Shown piece by piece: positions 1 to 8,967 of a DNA stretch of 64,000 bases (its first letter is position 1; each line of letters begins with the position of its first letter). Source of the stretch: a bacterium. GTDB taxonomy: Bacteria > Hinthialibacterota > Hinthialibacteria > Hinthialibacterales > Hinthialibacteraceae. The stretch covers positions 576,001 to 640,000 of the forward strand of contig CAXXMV010000001.1 in the NCBI GenBank assembly GCA_963662285.2, written 5' to 3'. The translations under genes were made by a program, and so were the position numbers. Below the pieces are notes generated by a model, which saw only the letters and a program-made list of their open reading frames with translations, was not told the origin of the DNA and did not search any database.

Positions 1-410
1 ATGACTCGTCTAAAGCCGGGTTGATGGTTCGTGATGAAATTACGGCTGATTCACAGAACTATTTCGCCACGGTTCACGCCATTGATCAGGAAGTTTACAC
101 GCAGGTTCGATTGACTGATGGCGCCATAACAGTTGCGGGAACGGCGTATGCTGATCATGAAGGTAATATTAAGATAGAGCGGATTGGGTCTACCGTTACT
201 CTCTCTTATCAAAACTACGATAATATGGATGCCGGTGACGATGCCTGGACGATACTCGGTTCATACACAACTACCTTGACCGATCCGGTATACGCCGGTC
301 TGGCTATTACATCGCATGATAACACACAGCTGGCTGGCGCTTATTTTAATGATGTAAAAATTACTGAATTAAACGATCCGGTCAGCATTGCAGATTGGGC
401 GCTGTATTAA
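1..410 (+). CDS. 3' end of a secreted-type protein (beta-sandwich/lectin-like domain) ending in PVSIADWALY; begins before the window
   Basis: Open frame running off the left edge; GLMVR...VYAGLAITSHDN motif typical of DUF1349/LamG-like sandwich domains. Confidence 0.65.
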   Translation, partial: DSSKAGLMVRDEITADSQNYFATVHAIDQEVYTQVRLTDGAITVAGTAYADHEGNIKIERIGSTVTLSYQNYDNMDAGDDAWTILGSYTTTLTDPVYAGLAITSHDNTQLAGAYFNDVKITELNDPVSIADWALY

Positions 411-441
411 TTCGACGTTCTCTGAATTCATTAACAAACGG

Positions 442-472
442 GGCGGTGGTCTTTATCATCGCCTTTTCGTTT
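442..472 (+). terminator. Probable intrinsic terminator
   Basis: GGCGGTGGT-CTTT-ATCATCGCC hairpin followed by TTTTCGTTT, 30 bp after the stop. Confidence 0.5.
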
Positions 473-495
473 GAAGATTTTTTTTGTAACAAGTT

Positions 496-529
496 GGGTG
501 GCAAGGGCAGTGTATTTTCTGCCCTTGAT
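496..529. repeat. REP-like palindrome family A (GGGTG[G/C]CAAGGGCAG..CTGCCCTTGA), here one end of a decayed MITE-like element
   Basis: Same motif recurs at 6785/8299 (split by IS481), 13552, 13744, 18551, 35317, 45729, 49943, 50126, 60237, 62498. Confidence 0.85.
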
Positions 530-702
530 TGAATCCACCTTCTTTAATTCTATTTCTTCTATCAATGTGACACTGATAATATTGGATCATAATTATTTTG
601 ACGTTTTAATTGGAATGGTTTATGGTTTATTTGGATGATGATGTTCTTCAATTACAGGAAATCTAAATATCCTTAAAATAGAAAGAATGCTGATGATGAA
701 AA

Positions 703-753
703 ATCCTGTATATCCTGTATATCCTGCTAATCCAGGGTATCATGATTCAGACA
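703..753. repeat. Repeat family D (ATCCTG 9-bp periodic units ending in GATTCAGACA)
   Basis: ATCCTGTAT ATCCTGTAT ATCCTGCTA ATCC...TGATTCAGACA; related copies at ~4237 and 4637-4734. Confidence 0.6.
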
Positions 754-816
754 GGAAATAGACTGAATCCTTTTCGACCAATCAATGAAAGTTAGACCTC
801 CAGTTCATTATAAGTA

Positions 817-2576
817 GGGCTTGCTGAAAAACGTTTTCAACTACCGAAGATTATAATCTTCGGTAGTGACTCAGGGCGATGTACGAACGGGATCACTGCC
901 GAATGAACTTTGATTGCTGAAAAAATTGATCCAGCGTCTCCATTTTGATTTGATAAGCGTTTGAAGCGCCTCTTGTATTACCTCAATCCACAAATCGATA
1001 AACAAAAAGAACCGATTTAAATTACCCAGTCGTGAAATCTTATGCAGATTCATTACGAACAGGTTCAATCCGATAACCGTCAGTGAGGTTTCTGCCAGTT
1101 TAGCCATGATTCTCGCCAAGCCGAAGCGACGTTTTCCCTCTCCAAATTTTCCTTCAATGGCAACACGATCTATTTCATCTTGCCGGGCGAGTTGCTTTTG
1201 TTCCCGGCGAATGATTTTATCTTTGACGGGACGTCCCATCGCTGGGCCGGATATTCTAATACCATATTTTTTGCAATAATCCCTATTACTTTTGTTCCGG
1301 TAAATTTGATCTACATGAACCGATTCAGGAAAGAAACCAAAATGGTGGCGAAAGTTTTTTATCGTTTGAATCAAATCTGTTGACTCGTTGAAATTGTTCC
1401 AATCAATTCTTTCCATAAACGCGAATCCATTGACCAGACTGAGATTTAGTTTTGCGCCAAACTCCGTCTCGGCATTGGCTTTGCCGCGTTTAATGGGACG
1501 CACATACGGAAACCAAATACTGACAATCCTGTCAGCAATACGCTTTTGTTTCGAGTCATACATGATTTTTTGTTGTCGATATAATTCGCTGATCACCAAC
1601 AGCGCCCGATAGAGGTTCCGTTTCAAAACACCTAGGGAAACAGTCTGCGAGAGAGTTTTTATATGCGCCAGATTTCTATTCACATAACCCAATTGTTTAC
1701 GAATGGCTCGACGAATTACTTTGTATGGATTTCTTTTTTTCTTGGAGATAGCAAGATATTCTTTACGTGCATTTTCACGATAGGTACGTGGTTTCTTGCT
1801 GCCGTCCGGGCGTTCCTGATGGAGCCGATCAATTATCGCTTCCGTTTTTTCACGCGCTTCGTTGAGTAAATTCAAATCGGTGGGGTAACGAATATCGGCT
1901 GGAGTGCAAGTCGCATCGATCAATAACTTGCCCCGGTTCTCAACCTCGAAAGTTTCATTGCCATCCTTATTGGACGTCGATTCATCTGATAACTTCATGG
2001 AATCTTTTGGAACGTCATCATCTTCATCTGATGATTTATCATCTTTGGGTTTCGCCGCCGCCAAGGTCATCGCTTCGTTAATTTTATTCATCGATTCGAC
2101 GGGAAAACGTTTGCGGAAATGAACCATCATGGAAGCATCAAAAGGTTCTCCGGTTTGAAAACCGTCCAATCCGATAAAAAACTGGAGATAAGGATTTTCA
2201 CGGATCTGTTCGACAGTTTCACGATCTGATGCTTTGAGTTCTTCTTTGATAACCAAAGAGCCAAATGCCATTCGGGCGGTCAGAGCCGGACAACCAGTCG
2301 TCGAGCCGCTTAACTTATTTTTGTATTCACGCTCAACCACCTCCCAGGGAATCATGGCCGCTTTTTTCACCCAGCGATTATCGGGATCAAGATAACCGCC
2401 AAAGGGCAAACCAAATTCGGGAAACATCGGAGTAAAAGAGTCGTTTTTATACATCTTTATCCACTCTCAAGTGCAAAGGTTTTAAGGGTTTTATGTAATT
2501 CCCCTTGCAGGATTCATAGAATGAGTGTAGCATAAACTATTCATTTGTCAAGACTTCCATCTAAAACAGCAAGCCC
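817..2576 (-). mobile_element. IS5-family insertion sequence
   Basis: Terminal IRs GGGCTTGCTG (817) / CAGCAAGCCC (2576), flanked by direct repeat TAAGTA (811-816, 2577-2582); exact IR/TSD boundary ambiguous by 1 bp; internal 28-bp perfect palindrome at 840-867. Confidence 0.9.
871..2454 (-). CDS. IS5-family DDE transposase
   Basis: LDPDNRWV..IPW, ENPYLQFFIG, LLIDAT (D), VHVDQIY (D), IEGKFGEGKRRFGL (E). Confidence 0.95.
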   Translation of the reverse strand: MYKNDSFTPMFPEFGLPFGGYLDPDNRWVKKAAMIPWEVVEREYKNKLSGSTTGCPALTARMAFGSLVIKEELKASDRETVEQIRENPYLQFFIGLDGFQTGEPFDASMMVHFRKRFPVESMNKINEAMTLAAAKPKDDKSSDEDDDVPKDSMKLSDESTSNKDGNETFEVENRGKLLIDATCTPADIRYPTDLNLLNEAREKTEAIIDRLHQERPDGSKKPRTYRENARKEYLAISKKKRNPYKVIRRAIRKQLGYVNRNLAHIKTLSQTVSLGVLKRNLYRALLVISELYRQQKIMYDSKQKRIADRIVSIWFPYVRPIKRGKANAETEFGAKLNLSLVNGFAFMERIDWNNFNESTDLIQTIKNFRHHFGFFPESVHVDQIYRNKSNRDYCKKYGIRISGPAMGRPVKDKIIRREQKQLARQDEIDRVAIEGKFGEGKRRFGLARIMAKLAETSLTVIGLNLFVMNLHKISRLGNLNRFFLFIDLWIEVIQEALQTLIKSKWRRWINFFSNQSSFGSDPVRTSP

Positions 2577-2812
2577 TAAGTACCATGAAATTACCAAAGC
2601 GGTTTTACATGACCTCGAAAGTTATGAGAAAATGCGTAACACCATCGGCATATTAAAACTAGTCGTTATGGGAGAAAAGGATGTCAAAGCAGAGCGTCTT
2701 CGACCACAGGATGATGTTTTTAATGCTATAGAAAGAAAACTAAAAGACAAAGTCAAGATCAAGGCGAGAAATAGAAAGTGATAGCATCAAGAACTGACCG
2801 CCATGTCCCTTC

Positions 2813-4111
2813 CTACCTTTTTATACGGTCACTTATTTGTTGATAGCGCTTGCGGTATAAGGGGTTTTCGGGGTCTAGGTCGATAGCCTTTTGGATGGAT
2901 TGCAGGCTTTCCTGCGGCATGCCGTTGGCGAAATAGGCCCAACCCAACAGGTCGTAATCTGGAGATTCTCCCGCTTGTTGAACTACGCTCTGGAGTACTT
3001 GTAAAGCCCGCTTTAAGTCCTTGTTTGTAGAAAGCAGAATGCGTCCGATAGCCCGTTTGGCGTTGATGTAATCTGGATCAATCGACAAGGCTTTATCCAG
3101 AAAGGGCAGCGCATCGGTATATCGTTTTTGCATGGATCTTAGAATTCCCATGCTGGTCAGGAATTGGGGATTATCGGGATTAATGGCGATCAGTTCCTGA
3201 TAAAGTTGGGCGGCCTGATCTATTTTACCGGCTTGCTGATACATCAAAGCCAGGTTATAGCGGGCGGTGGCGTTCCTGGGATCAAGGCTCAAGACCCGTT
3301 TGAAATGATAATCGGCTTTGGCGTCATTTCTCATTTGATAATATACGGCGCCAGCTTCCAAATGAGTTTTGGCGGCTGCGATGGAGGGATTTTCGAGCTT
3401 AGGATCATCGGATTCCGCTTCTTCGATGAATTCCTGCTCATGTTTTTTCTGTTGCTGGAAGGTTTGCAGTACTTGTTTGGCTTCTTCTTTTTTGCCCTGT
3501 TTCCGGTAAATCTTTCCCAGCAAGTAATAAGGTTCGGGTAGAATGGGTTGGTATTTTTTGGCCAACAGGGCATGCTTCTCGGCCTCCTCCAACTGATTGG
3601 CGGCGAAAAAACGGTCGCCTAAATAAATATGAGTGGATGCATCCTCTGGGTGATATTTCAATTCATTCTGGAAGGCCTGAATCGCTTCATCCATACGGTT
3701 TAACCTTTGTAAAGCCAGGCCAAGACGTTCATTGGCGCGGGGAGCATCGGCTTGCAAGGCGATGGTTTTCCTATACCATTCGACTGCTGTTTCGTATTGA
3801 GTTAACCTGTTATAAAGGAAAGCTATCATCTGCACAATAACCGGCTGATCCGGCTTTATTTGGAGAGACTTTTTAAAAGCCTCTATGGCATCCTCATATT
3901 TTTTGCCCCGATAATAAACATAACCCAGGGCGGAATAGGCTTGGGGTGATTGCGGATATTCCCGGATAAGCTCATTGGCGACATTAATAGAGTAATCCAG
4001 CACGTTTTCGGAAGTAATTTCTGATTGCGCATAGGCATATAACGAAATGGTTAATAGCAAGAAGCAAGCGGTAATGGATTTGACTATAGATGAGTGTAGT
4101 GTGATTTTCAT
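2813..4111 (-). CDS. Exported tetratricopeptide-repeat protein
   Basis: Many TPR units (AYSALGYVYY, ARYNLALMYQ); signal peptide after MKITLH; start 4111 chosen for its GAGG RBS (ORF track start 4177). Confidence 0.85.
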   Translation of the reverse strand: MKITLHSSIVKSITACFLLLTISLYAYAQSEITSENVLDYSINVANELIREYPQSPQAYSALGYVYYRGKKYEDAIEAFKKSLQIKPDQPVIVQMIAFLYNRLTQYETAVEWYRKTIALQADAPRANERLGLALQRLNRMDEAIQAFQNELKYHPEDASTHIYLGDRFFAANQLEEAEKHALLAKKYQPILPEPYYLLGKIYRKQGKKEEAKQVLQTFQQQKKHEQEFIEEAESDDPKLENPSIAAAKTHLEAGAVYYQMRNDAKADYHFKRVLSLDPRNATARYNLALMYQQAGKIDQAAQLYQELIAINPDNPQFLTSMGILRSMQKRYTDALPFLDKALSIDPDYINAKRAIGRILLSTNKDLKRALQVLQSVVQQAGESPDYDLLGWAYFANGMPQESLQSIQKAIDLDPENPLYRKRYQQISDRIKR

Positions 4112-4318
4112 TGTAATCCTCAAGTAATACAATAATTCCTGATAGAAACTTGTACTATTTATACTGGATTTATACAATAGAATCCAGGTGGATTATGGTT
4201 TATGACAAAATAGAATCCCCAACTCGTATGAGAAATTGTCTGAATCAGATTATACAAAGTTTGTCCATCTTTATATAAATGGATATAATGAGGGAAACGT
4301 ATCGGAGGTATCTCAGTT

Positions 4319-4579
4319 ATGCATGTATCCCTTACTGAACGCCTTCAGGAATTCGTAAAAGAGAAGGTTGAAAGCGGTCTTTACCACGATTCAAGCGAAG
4401 TGATTCGCGAAGCGCTTCGACTTATGGAACAAGAAGATCAACTCCACAAAATCAAACTCGACCAGCTGAAAGAAGCCGTTCGTATTGGAGACGAACAGTT
4501 AACCCGTGGAGAATATAGCATACGAACAATTGACAATATTATCGCGGACAATGAAGCCGCTATAAGAAAAACCCTCTGA
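4319..4579 (+). CDS. parD: ParD-like (CC2985-family, ribbon-helix-helix) antitoxin
   Basis: MHVSLTERLQEFVKEKVESGLYHDSSEVIREALRL matches the family signature. Confidence 0.85.
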   Translation: MHVSLTERLQEFVKEKVESGLYHDSSEVIREALRLMEQEDQLHKIKLDQLKEAVRIGDEQLTRGEYSIRTIDNIIADNEAAIRKTL

Positions 4580-4581
4580 TA

Positions 4582-4608
4582 ATGCCTCTATACAGACTCA
4601 TCTGTTAA
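4582..4608 (+). pseudogene. Possible 5' stub of a deleted ParE toxin (MPLYRLIC*)
   Basis: ATG 2 bp after the parD stop; MxxYRL is a usual ParE start; frame closes after 8 codons. Confidence 0.4.
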
Positions 4609-4636
4609 TCTGAAATATTTAATTAATAAAAAACCT

Positions 4637-4734
4637 TGTCTGAATCTGGATACCCAGGATGAAATGATACGTAGGATAATATTACAAGGCTTTTATCCTC
4701 CTCATCCTTCAATCCGGCAAATCCTGATTCAGAC
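4637..4734. repeat. Family D inverted-repeat element (TGTCTGAATC...GATTCAGACA)
   Basis: Terminal inverted repeats with internal GGAT/ATCC periodic units. Confidence 0.65.
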
Positions 4735-4757
4735 AAAAAAAAGCCACTCAAATAAAC

Positions 4758-4788
4758 AAAAAACGGCCTAGAAACCCAGGCCGTTTTT
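4758..4788 (-). terminator. Intrinsic terminator of glyQS (potentially bidirectional)
   Basis: AAAAAACGGCCT-8nt-AGGCCGTTTTT. Confidence 0.75.
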
Positions 4789-4818
4789 ATATATCAATTT
4801 CATACTGCAAAAACCAAC

Positions 4819-6198
4819 TTATTTCCTATCCCAGGGCTTCTCCATGGTTTTCATTTGATCGGCCACCGCTTGATGCAATTGGTCGACCGAGACGCGAATC
4901 TGTTCCATACTGTCGCGGTTGCGGATAGTTACGGTGTTATCTTCCAATGAATCAAAGTCGATAGTAAGACACAACGGCGTGCCGATTTCATCCTGACGGC
5001 GGTAGCGTTTGCCGATATTGCCTGTTTCATCGTACATGGTGCGGTATGGTCCACGCAGGTCAGCCTCAATCTTACGCGCCATTTCGACTAAAGGCGCCTT
5101 CTTCATAAGTGGGAACACGGCGAGATTAACCGGCGCCACTAACGGTGAGAAGCGCAGAACCAGGCGCTCTTCCATTTCACCCTTATCGTTGGGCGCCTGA
5201 TCCAGATCATAGGCGTCAGACAACAGCACCAGGATGGTGCGGTCTACTCCAGCCGATGACTCAATCACCCAGGGGACGTACTTTTCTCCCGTGGCGTCAT
5301 CGCGGTAAGACAAGTCTTTTTTGGAATATTCCATGTGGCGTTTAAGATCGAAATCGCCGCGGTTGGCAATTCCTTCCAACTCCTGCCATCCCATCGGGAA
5401 CTTATATTCAACGTCATAGCAATCTTTGGCGTAATGAGCCAACTCGTCACCCTCATGCTGACGCATACGTAGATTATCCTTACGCACGCCCAACGACTCA
5501 TACCAATTTCTTCTTCTATCCAGCCAGAATTCAAACCACTTATCGCCTTCATCGGGATGAACGAAGAATTCAATTTCCATCTGCTCAAATTCGCGTTGAC
5601 GGAAAATAAATGATTTAGTAGTAATCTCGTTACGGAATGACTTACCCACCTGGGCGATTCCGAACGGAATCCGCTGCCGGGTTACTGTCACAACATTCTT
5701 GAAGTTCGGGAATATGGTCTGGCAGGTTTCAGGACGCAGATAAGTAATATTCTTGGGGTCTTCAACCGGTCCCCAATGCAGTTTGAACATCAGGTTAAAA
5801 TCGCGCGGTTCGGTCAGTTCGCCATCGCATTCGCAGACGAACTTACTCGGCTTCTTTGGGCAGCGCTCTTCTTCAAGTTTATCCGCGCGGAAACGATGAC
5901 CGCAGGTCTTGCAATCCACCATGGGATCATGGAAGCCTTCCACATGCCCCGACGCTTCCCATACCCGCGGGTGGGTGGTAACCGCGCCGTCCATGCCAAC
6001 CACGTTTTCATTATCCGTGACAGTATCCTGCCACCACAGGCGCTTTACATTGTTCTTCAATTCCACCCCAAGGGGACCGTAATCCCAGGATGCGGCGAAT
6101 CCACCGTAAATCTCGCTTGACGGGAAGACGAATCCACGTCTTTTGCATAAAGAAACAATATCGTTCAGTGTTGGTTGGGAATTCGATTGCTCGCTCAT
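4819..6198 (-). CDS. glyQS: Glycine--tRNA ligase, alpha2 type
   Basis: KRRGF..SSEIYGG, DYGPLGVELKNN, YLRPET, GKSFRNEI, REFEQME, IGKRYRRQDEIGTP. Confidence 0.97.
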   Translation of the reverse strand: MSEQSNSQPTLNDIVSLCKRRGFVFPSSEIYGGFAASWDYGPLGVELKNNVKRLWWQDTVTDNENVVGMDGAVTTHPRVWEASGHVEGFHDPMVDCKTCGHRFRADKLEEERCPKKPSKFVCECDGELTEPRDFNLMFKLHWGPVEDPKNITYLRPETCQTIFPNFKNVVTVTRQRIPFGIAQVGKSFRNEITTKSFIFRQREFEQMEIEFFVHPDEGDKWFEFWLDRRRNWYESLGVRKDNLRMRQHEGDELAHYAKDCYDVEYKFPMGWQELEGIANRGDFDLKRHMEYSKKDLSYRDDATGEKYVPWVIESSAGVDRTILVLLSDAYDLDQAPNDKGEMEERLVLRFSPLVAPVNLAVFPLMKKAPLVEMARKIEADLRGPYRTMYDETGNIGKRYRRQDEIGTPLCLTIDFDSLEDNTVTIRNRDSMEQIRVSVDQLHQAVADQMKTMEKPWDRK

Positions 6199-6429
6199 AA
6201 AAGTATCCTTTTTTAACCAGTGCTTCATTTAAGAATCCGCAAGATAGGCCGAAACTTAAAGGGTATATATTCGTTGACTGTCCCCGAAAGCAGTCTTTTC
6301 TACTCGGATTCTAGCGATTCAATATAATTATGCAGAACAGAATTCATTGATTAGAGTATAATACATTTAATCGCTCTAGAATGTGATATAGTATCTCAGT
6401 AGATTCACCATTGAAAGAGGCGAAGCAAT

Positions 6430-6765
6430 ATGACCGATCACTCACTACAGGATGAACTGGTACTATTATTCGGCGAGGAAACCGTCAAACTGGCTCTGGC
6501 CCAGGAAATTCTCGCTCAACGATACACCCTCAAAAATACCATCAAAATCCGCAAAGCCCTGGAGAAATTTCAACGATTAAAGAATATCGAACAACAAAAG
6601 AAGTTCGTGGCCGATTTCGATAAAGAACTGACCCGCGCCTTTATCTGTTCCCTGCTCTGCAACACGGCTTCCAAAGCAGTCATGGAACTGGCTAAACAAG
6701 CCATCGACGATAAACGCGAGGGACGCGCAGTCCTGGGCGGTAACATCATCCAACGTAAATACTGA
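6430..6765 (+). CDS. Hypothetical helical protein
   Basis: 111-aa ORF with GAGG RBS, divergent from glyQS; no recognisable motif. Confidence 0.6.
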   Translation: MTDHSLQDELVLLFGEETVKLALAQEILAQRYTLKNTIKIRKALEKFQRLKNIEQQKKFVADFDKELTRAFICSLLCNTASKAVMELAKQAIDDKREGRAVLGGNIIQRKY

Positions 6766-6882
6766 TAGAATTCTCCCCCCAAGCGGGTGGCTGTAAAGGC
6801 CTGGGACATGGGTAACAGGTGTTCGGGGACATAGGTAACACATTTTCTGAGTGTATTCTAGCCTTGAAAGGAGGCGAAGAAT

Positions 6883-8049
6883 ATGCCCTGGAACGAGGTG
6901 GACCTTATGTCTCTGAGAAAAGAATTCGTATTGTTGAGCCAGCAAGAAGAAAGCAACATCAGCCAATTATGTAAACGGTTTGATATCAGCCGTAAGACGG
7001 GTTACAAATGGATCAAACGGTACAAAGAAGGAGGAGTCGAAAATCTCCAAGACCGTTCCAAAAAACCCAATACTTGCCCTCATCAAACAGATAAGTCTAT
7101 CGAGCAAGCCATTACAGAAAATCGCGAAAAAGGATGGGGAGGACGCAAAATTCGCTCTCGTCTGATTCAATTGGGATACGAAAATGTTCCTAGCGCCAGC
7201 ACTATTACTGCCGTGTTACGCCGACTGGGATTGCTGGATGAAAAGGAAAGTCACAAGCACAAAGCCTATAAGCGTTTTGAAAAAGATACGCCCAACGAAT
7301 TGTGGCAAATGGATTTCAAAGGAGATTTTCCCACGCTCAAAGCACGCTGTTATCCGCTCAGCATTCTGGATGATTGCACGCGCTTTGTTCCCGGATTATT
7401 TTCGTGCGCCAATCAGCAAAGGGAAACCGTGCAAGACTCCCTGGAAAGCGTGTTCAGGATGTATGGTATGCCTCGGGCGATGTTGATGGATAACGGAAGT
7501 CCGTGGGGAGGATGCAAAACCTGCGAATACACCAGATTGACAATATGGCTGATACGATTGGGTATTCGCGTGTATCACGGTCGCCCCTACCATCCGCAAA
7601 CCCAAGGCAAGGTCGAGCGATTTCACCGGACCTTTAAGCAAGAATTGCTGATAAGGGAATCGTTTGTGGATTTGGAATATTGCCAAAGGCGGTTTGATGA
7701 GTGGCGTTATGAATACAATTTTGAGCGTCCTCACGAAGCCCTGGATATGGATGTCCCGGCTAACCATTATACGTCCAGTCCTTTTGTTTATCCGGGAAGT
7801 TTGCCGGATATCGAGTACGCGCCGGGCAGCATTATCAGGAAGGTGCAACAAGGAGGTCGGGTGGCGTACCGTGGTGAAGATTACCGGGTGAGCCGCGCCC
7901 TGGTAGGATGCCCGGTTGCCTTGAAACCCGCTATGACCGATGGGATGATGGACGTATATTTTTGCCGACAAAAAATCAAGACGCTCGATCTGCGTTTGAA
8001 TGAAATCAAAGAAGATAACTTGGCAATCCAGAAAAAGGCGTCACAATAG
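6883..8049 (+). CDS. IS481-family transposase
   Basis: MPW start, HTH (ISRKTGYKWIKRY), rve core WQMDFKG / DNGSPW / GKVERFHRT. Confidence 0.95.
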   Translation: MPWNEVDLMSLRKEFVLLSQQEESNISQLCKRFDISRKTGYKWIKRYKEGGVENLQDRSKKPNTCPHQTDKSIEQAITENREKGWGGRKIRSRLIQLGYENVPSASTITAVLRRLGLLDEKESHKHKAYKRFEKDTPNELWQMDFKGDFPTLKARCYPLSILDDCTRFVPGLFSCANQQRETVQDSLESVFRMYGMPRAMLMDNGSPWGGCKTCEYTRLTIWLIRLGIRVYHGRPYHPQTQGKVERFHRTFKQELLIRESFVDLEYCQRRFDEWRYEYNFERPHEALDMDVPANHYTSSPFVYPGSLPDIEYAPGSIIRKVQQGGRVAYRGEDYRVSRALVGCPVALKPAMTDGMMDVYFCRQKIKTLDLRLNEIKEDNLAIQKKASQ

Positions 8050-8050
8050 A

Positions 8051-8209
8051 AATTGGTTGGGCGAAACGGAAGCGGGCGCTGCAGGAGTGCAACCCGCCAG
8101 GGATAGCCGATCCGAGGTGCGAGGGATAATGCAGGAGGTGAAATATTCACCTCCTCCCTCTAAGCCAACCAATTATCCTGAGCATCTCTAGATGCCTAAA
8201 AAAAAACTC
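8051..8209 (+). ncRNA. Candidate structured RNA in the IS481-A 3' region
   Basis: Closing helix AATTGGTTGG/CCAACCAATT; inner helices GCGGG/CCCGC and AGGAGGTGA/TCACCTCCT; homologous module with covarying pairs in IS481-B; strand is assumed. Confidence 0.45.
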
Positions 8210-8496
8210 AAACAATAACCTGGGATAAATCCCGGTTTTGATAAAAAACTGTAACCCATGTCCCCGAACATGTGTTACCCATCTACCCGGTCTGTACAGT
8301 GGCAAGGGCAGTGTCCTTTCTGCCCTTGACGGAAAACTATTGAGAAACGAAATCATCCTTATGATTCAATATTCTGATTGGACCGCTAGTGGAATTACTG
8401 AAATAAGAGGAGACTGAATCAAGGGATCAGGCTCTTCAATCGACTAAACTATCAATAATAACTGACTCTAAGAACATATAAGCGGGAAACCATTAA

Positions 8497-8964
8497 ATGC
8501 TGTGGCGTAAGAAATTAACCATAAAAAAACTACCAGCCAAACTCGTTAAAGAGAAAAAAGAACTGGTCAAACCATCTCCACGGAGACATGTTAAACGGGC
8601 TAAACGAATTGTATTCAACCTGCCCTGTTACTTGTTCGTCCAATCAACCGATTATCTGGTTCAAACAACCACCGTCAATATCAGCAAAAGCGGCATTCTG
8701 GTCAAATCACTAAAGCCTCTGGAAACCGGACAGGAAGTTTTATGTCTTATATCCGACAAAAAAAATCTATCATCCATCCATGTACGGGGAAGCCAACACA
8801 CCCTCAAAGCCAAGATTGTCAGGGTTGAAAAAGAAGAAATGCTCTTCAAAATAGCCCTCATCGTTACTCTGGGCAGAGTTAATCCGCTTTCATATCTAGG
8901 CAATACTCCAGACGACAAATTCTGGTGGACCCGTCATTGGCAATCCATGGATACCCTGGAATAA
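8497..8964 (+). CDS. PilZ-domain protein
   Basis: KRAKR (RxxxR) and NISKSG (D/NxSxxG) motifs. Confidence 0.8.
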   Translation: MLWRKKLTIKKLPAKLVKEKKELVKPSPRRHVKRAKRIVFNLPCYLFVQSTDYLVQTTTVNISKSGILVKSLKPLETGQEVLCLISDKKNLSSIHVRGSQHTLKAKIVRVEKEEMLFKIALIVTLGRVNPLSYLGNTPDDKFWWTRHWQSMDTLE

Positions 8965-8967
8965 CGC

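Larger units (their letters stand above)
785..2781 (+). pseudogene. Phd/YefM-like antitoxin interrupted by the IS5
   Basis: Removing 817-2582 joins ATG785 (MKVRPPVHYK) in frame to YHEITKAVLHDLESYEKMRNTIGILKLVVMGEKDV, which resembles Phd/YefM C-terminal halves; no toxin follows. Confidence 0.6.
6792..8298 (+). mobile_element. IS481-family element A, copy 1
   Basis: TGT...ACA ends with repeated GGGACAT[G/A]GGTAACA sites; 5-bp TSD GTGGC (6787-6791, 8299-8303). Confidence 0.95.

Noticed and set aside
8061-8107. c-di-GMP-II or SAH riboswitch call for the IS481 module
   Set aside because: Only short word matches (AGTGCAACC, GCGCTGCA); helix order does not fit and no gene lies downstream within the element.
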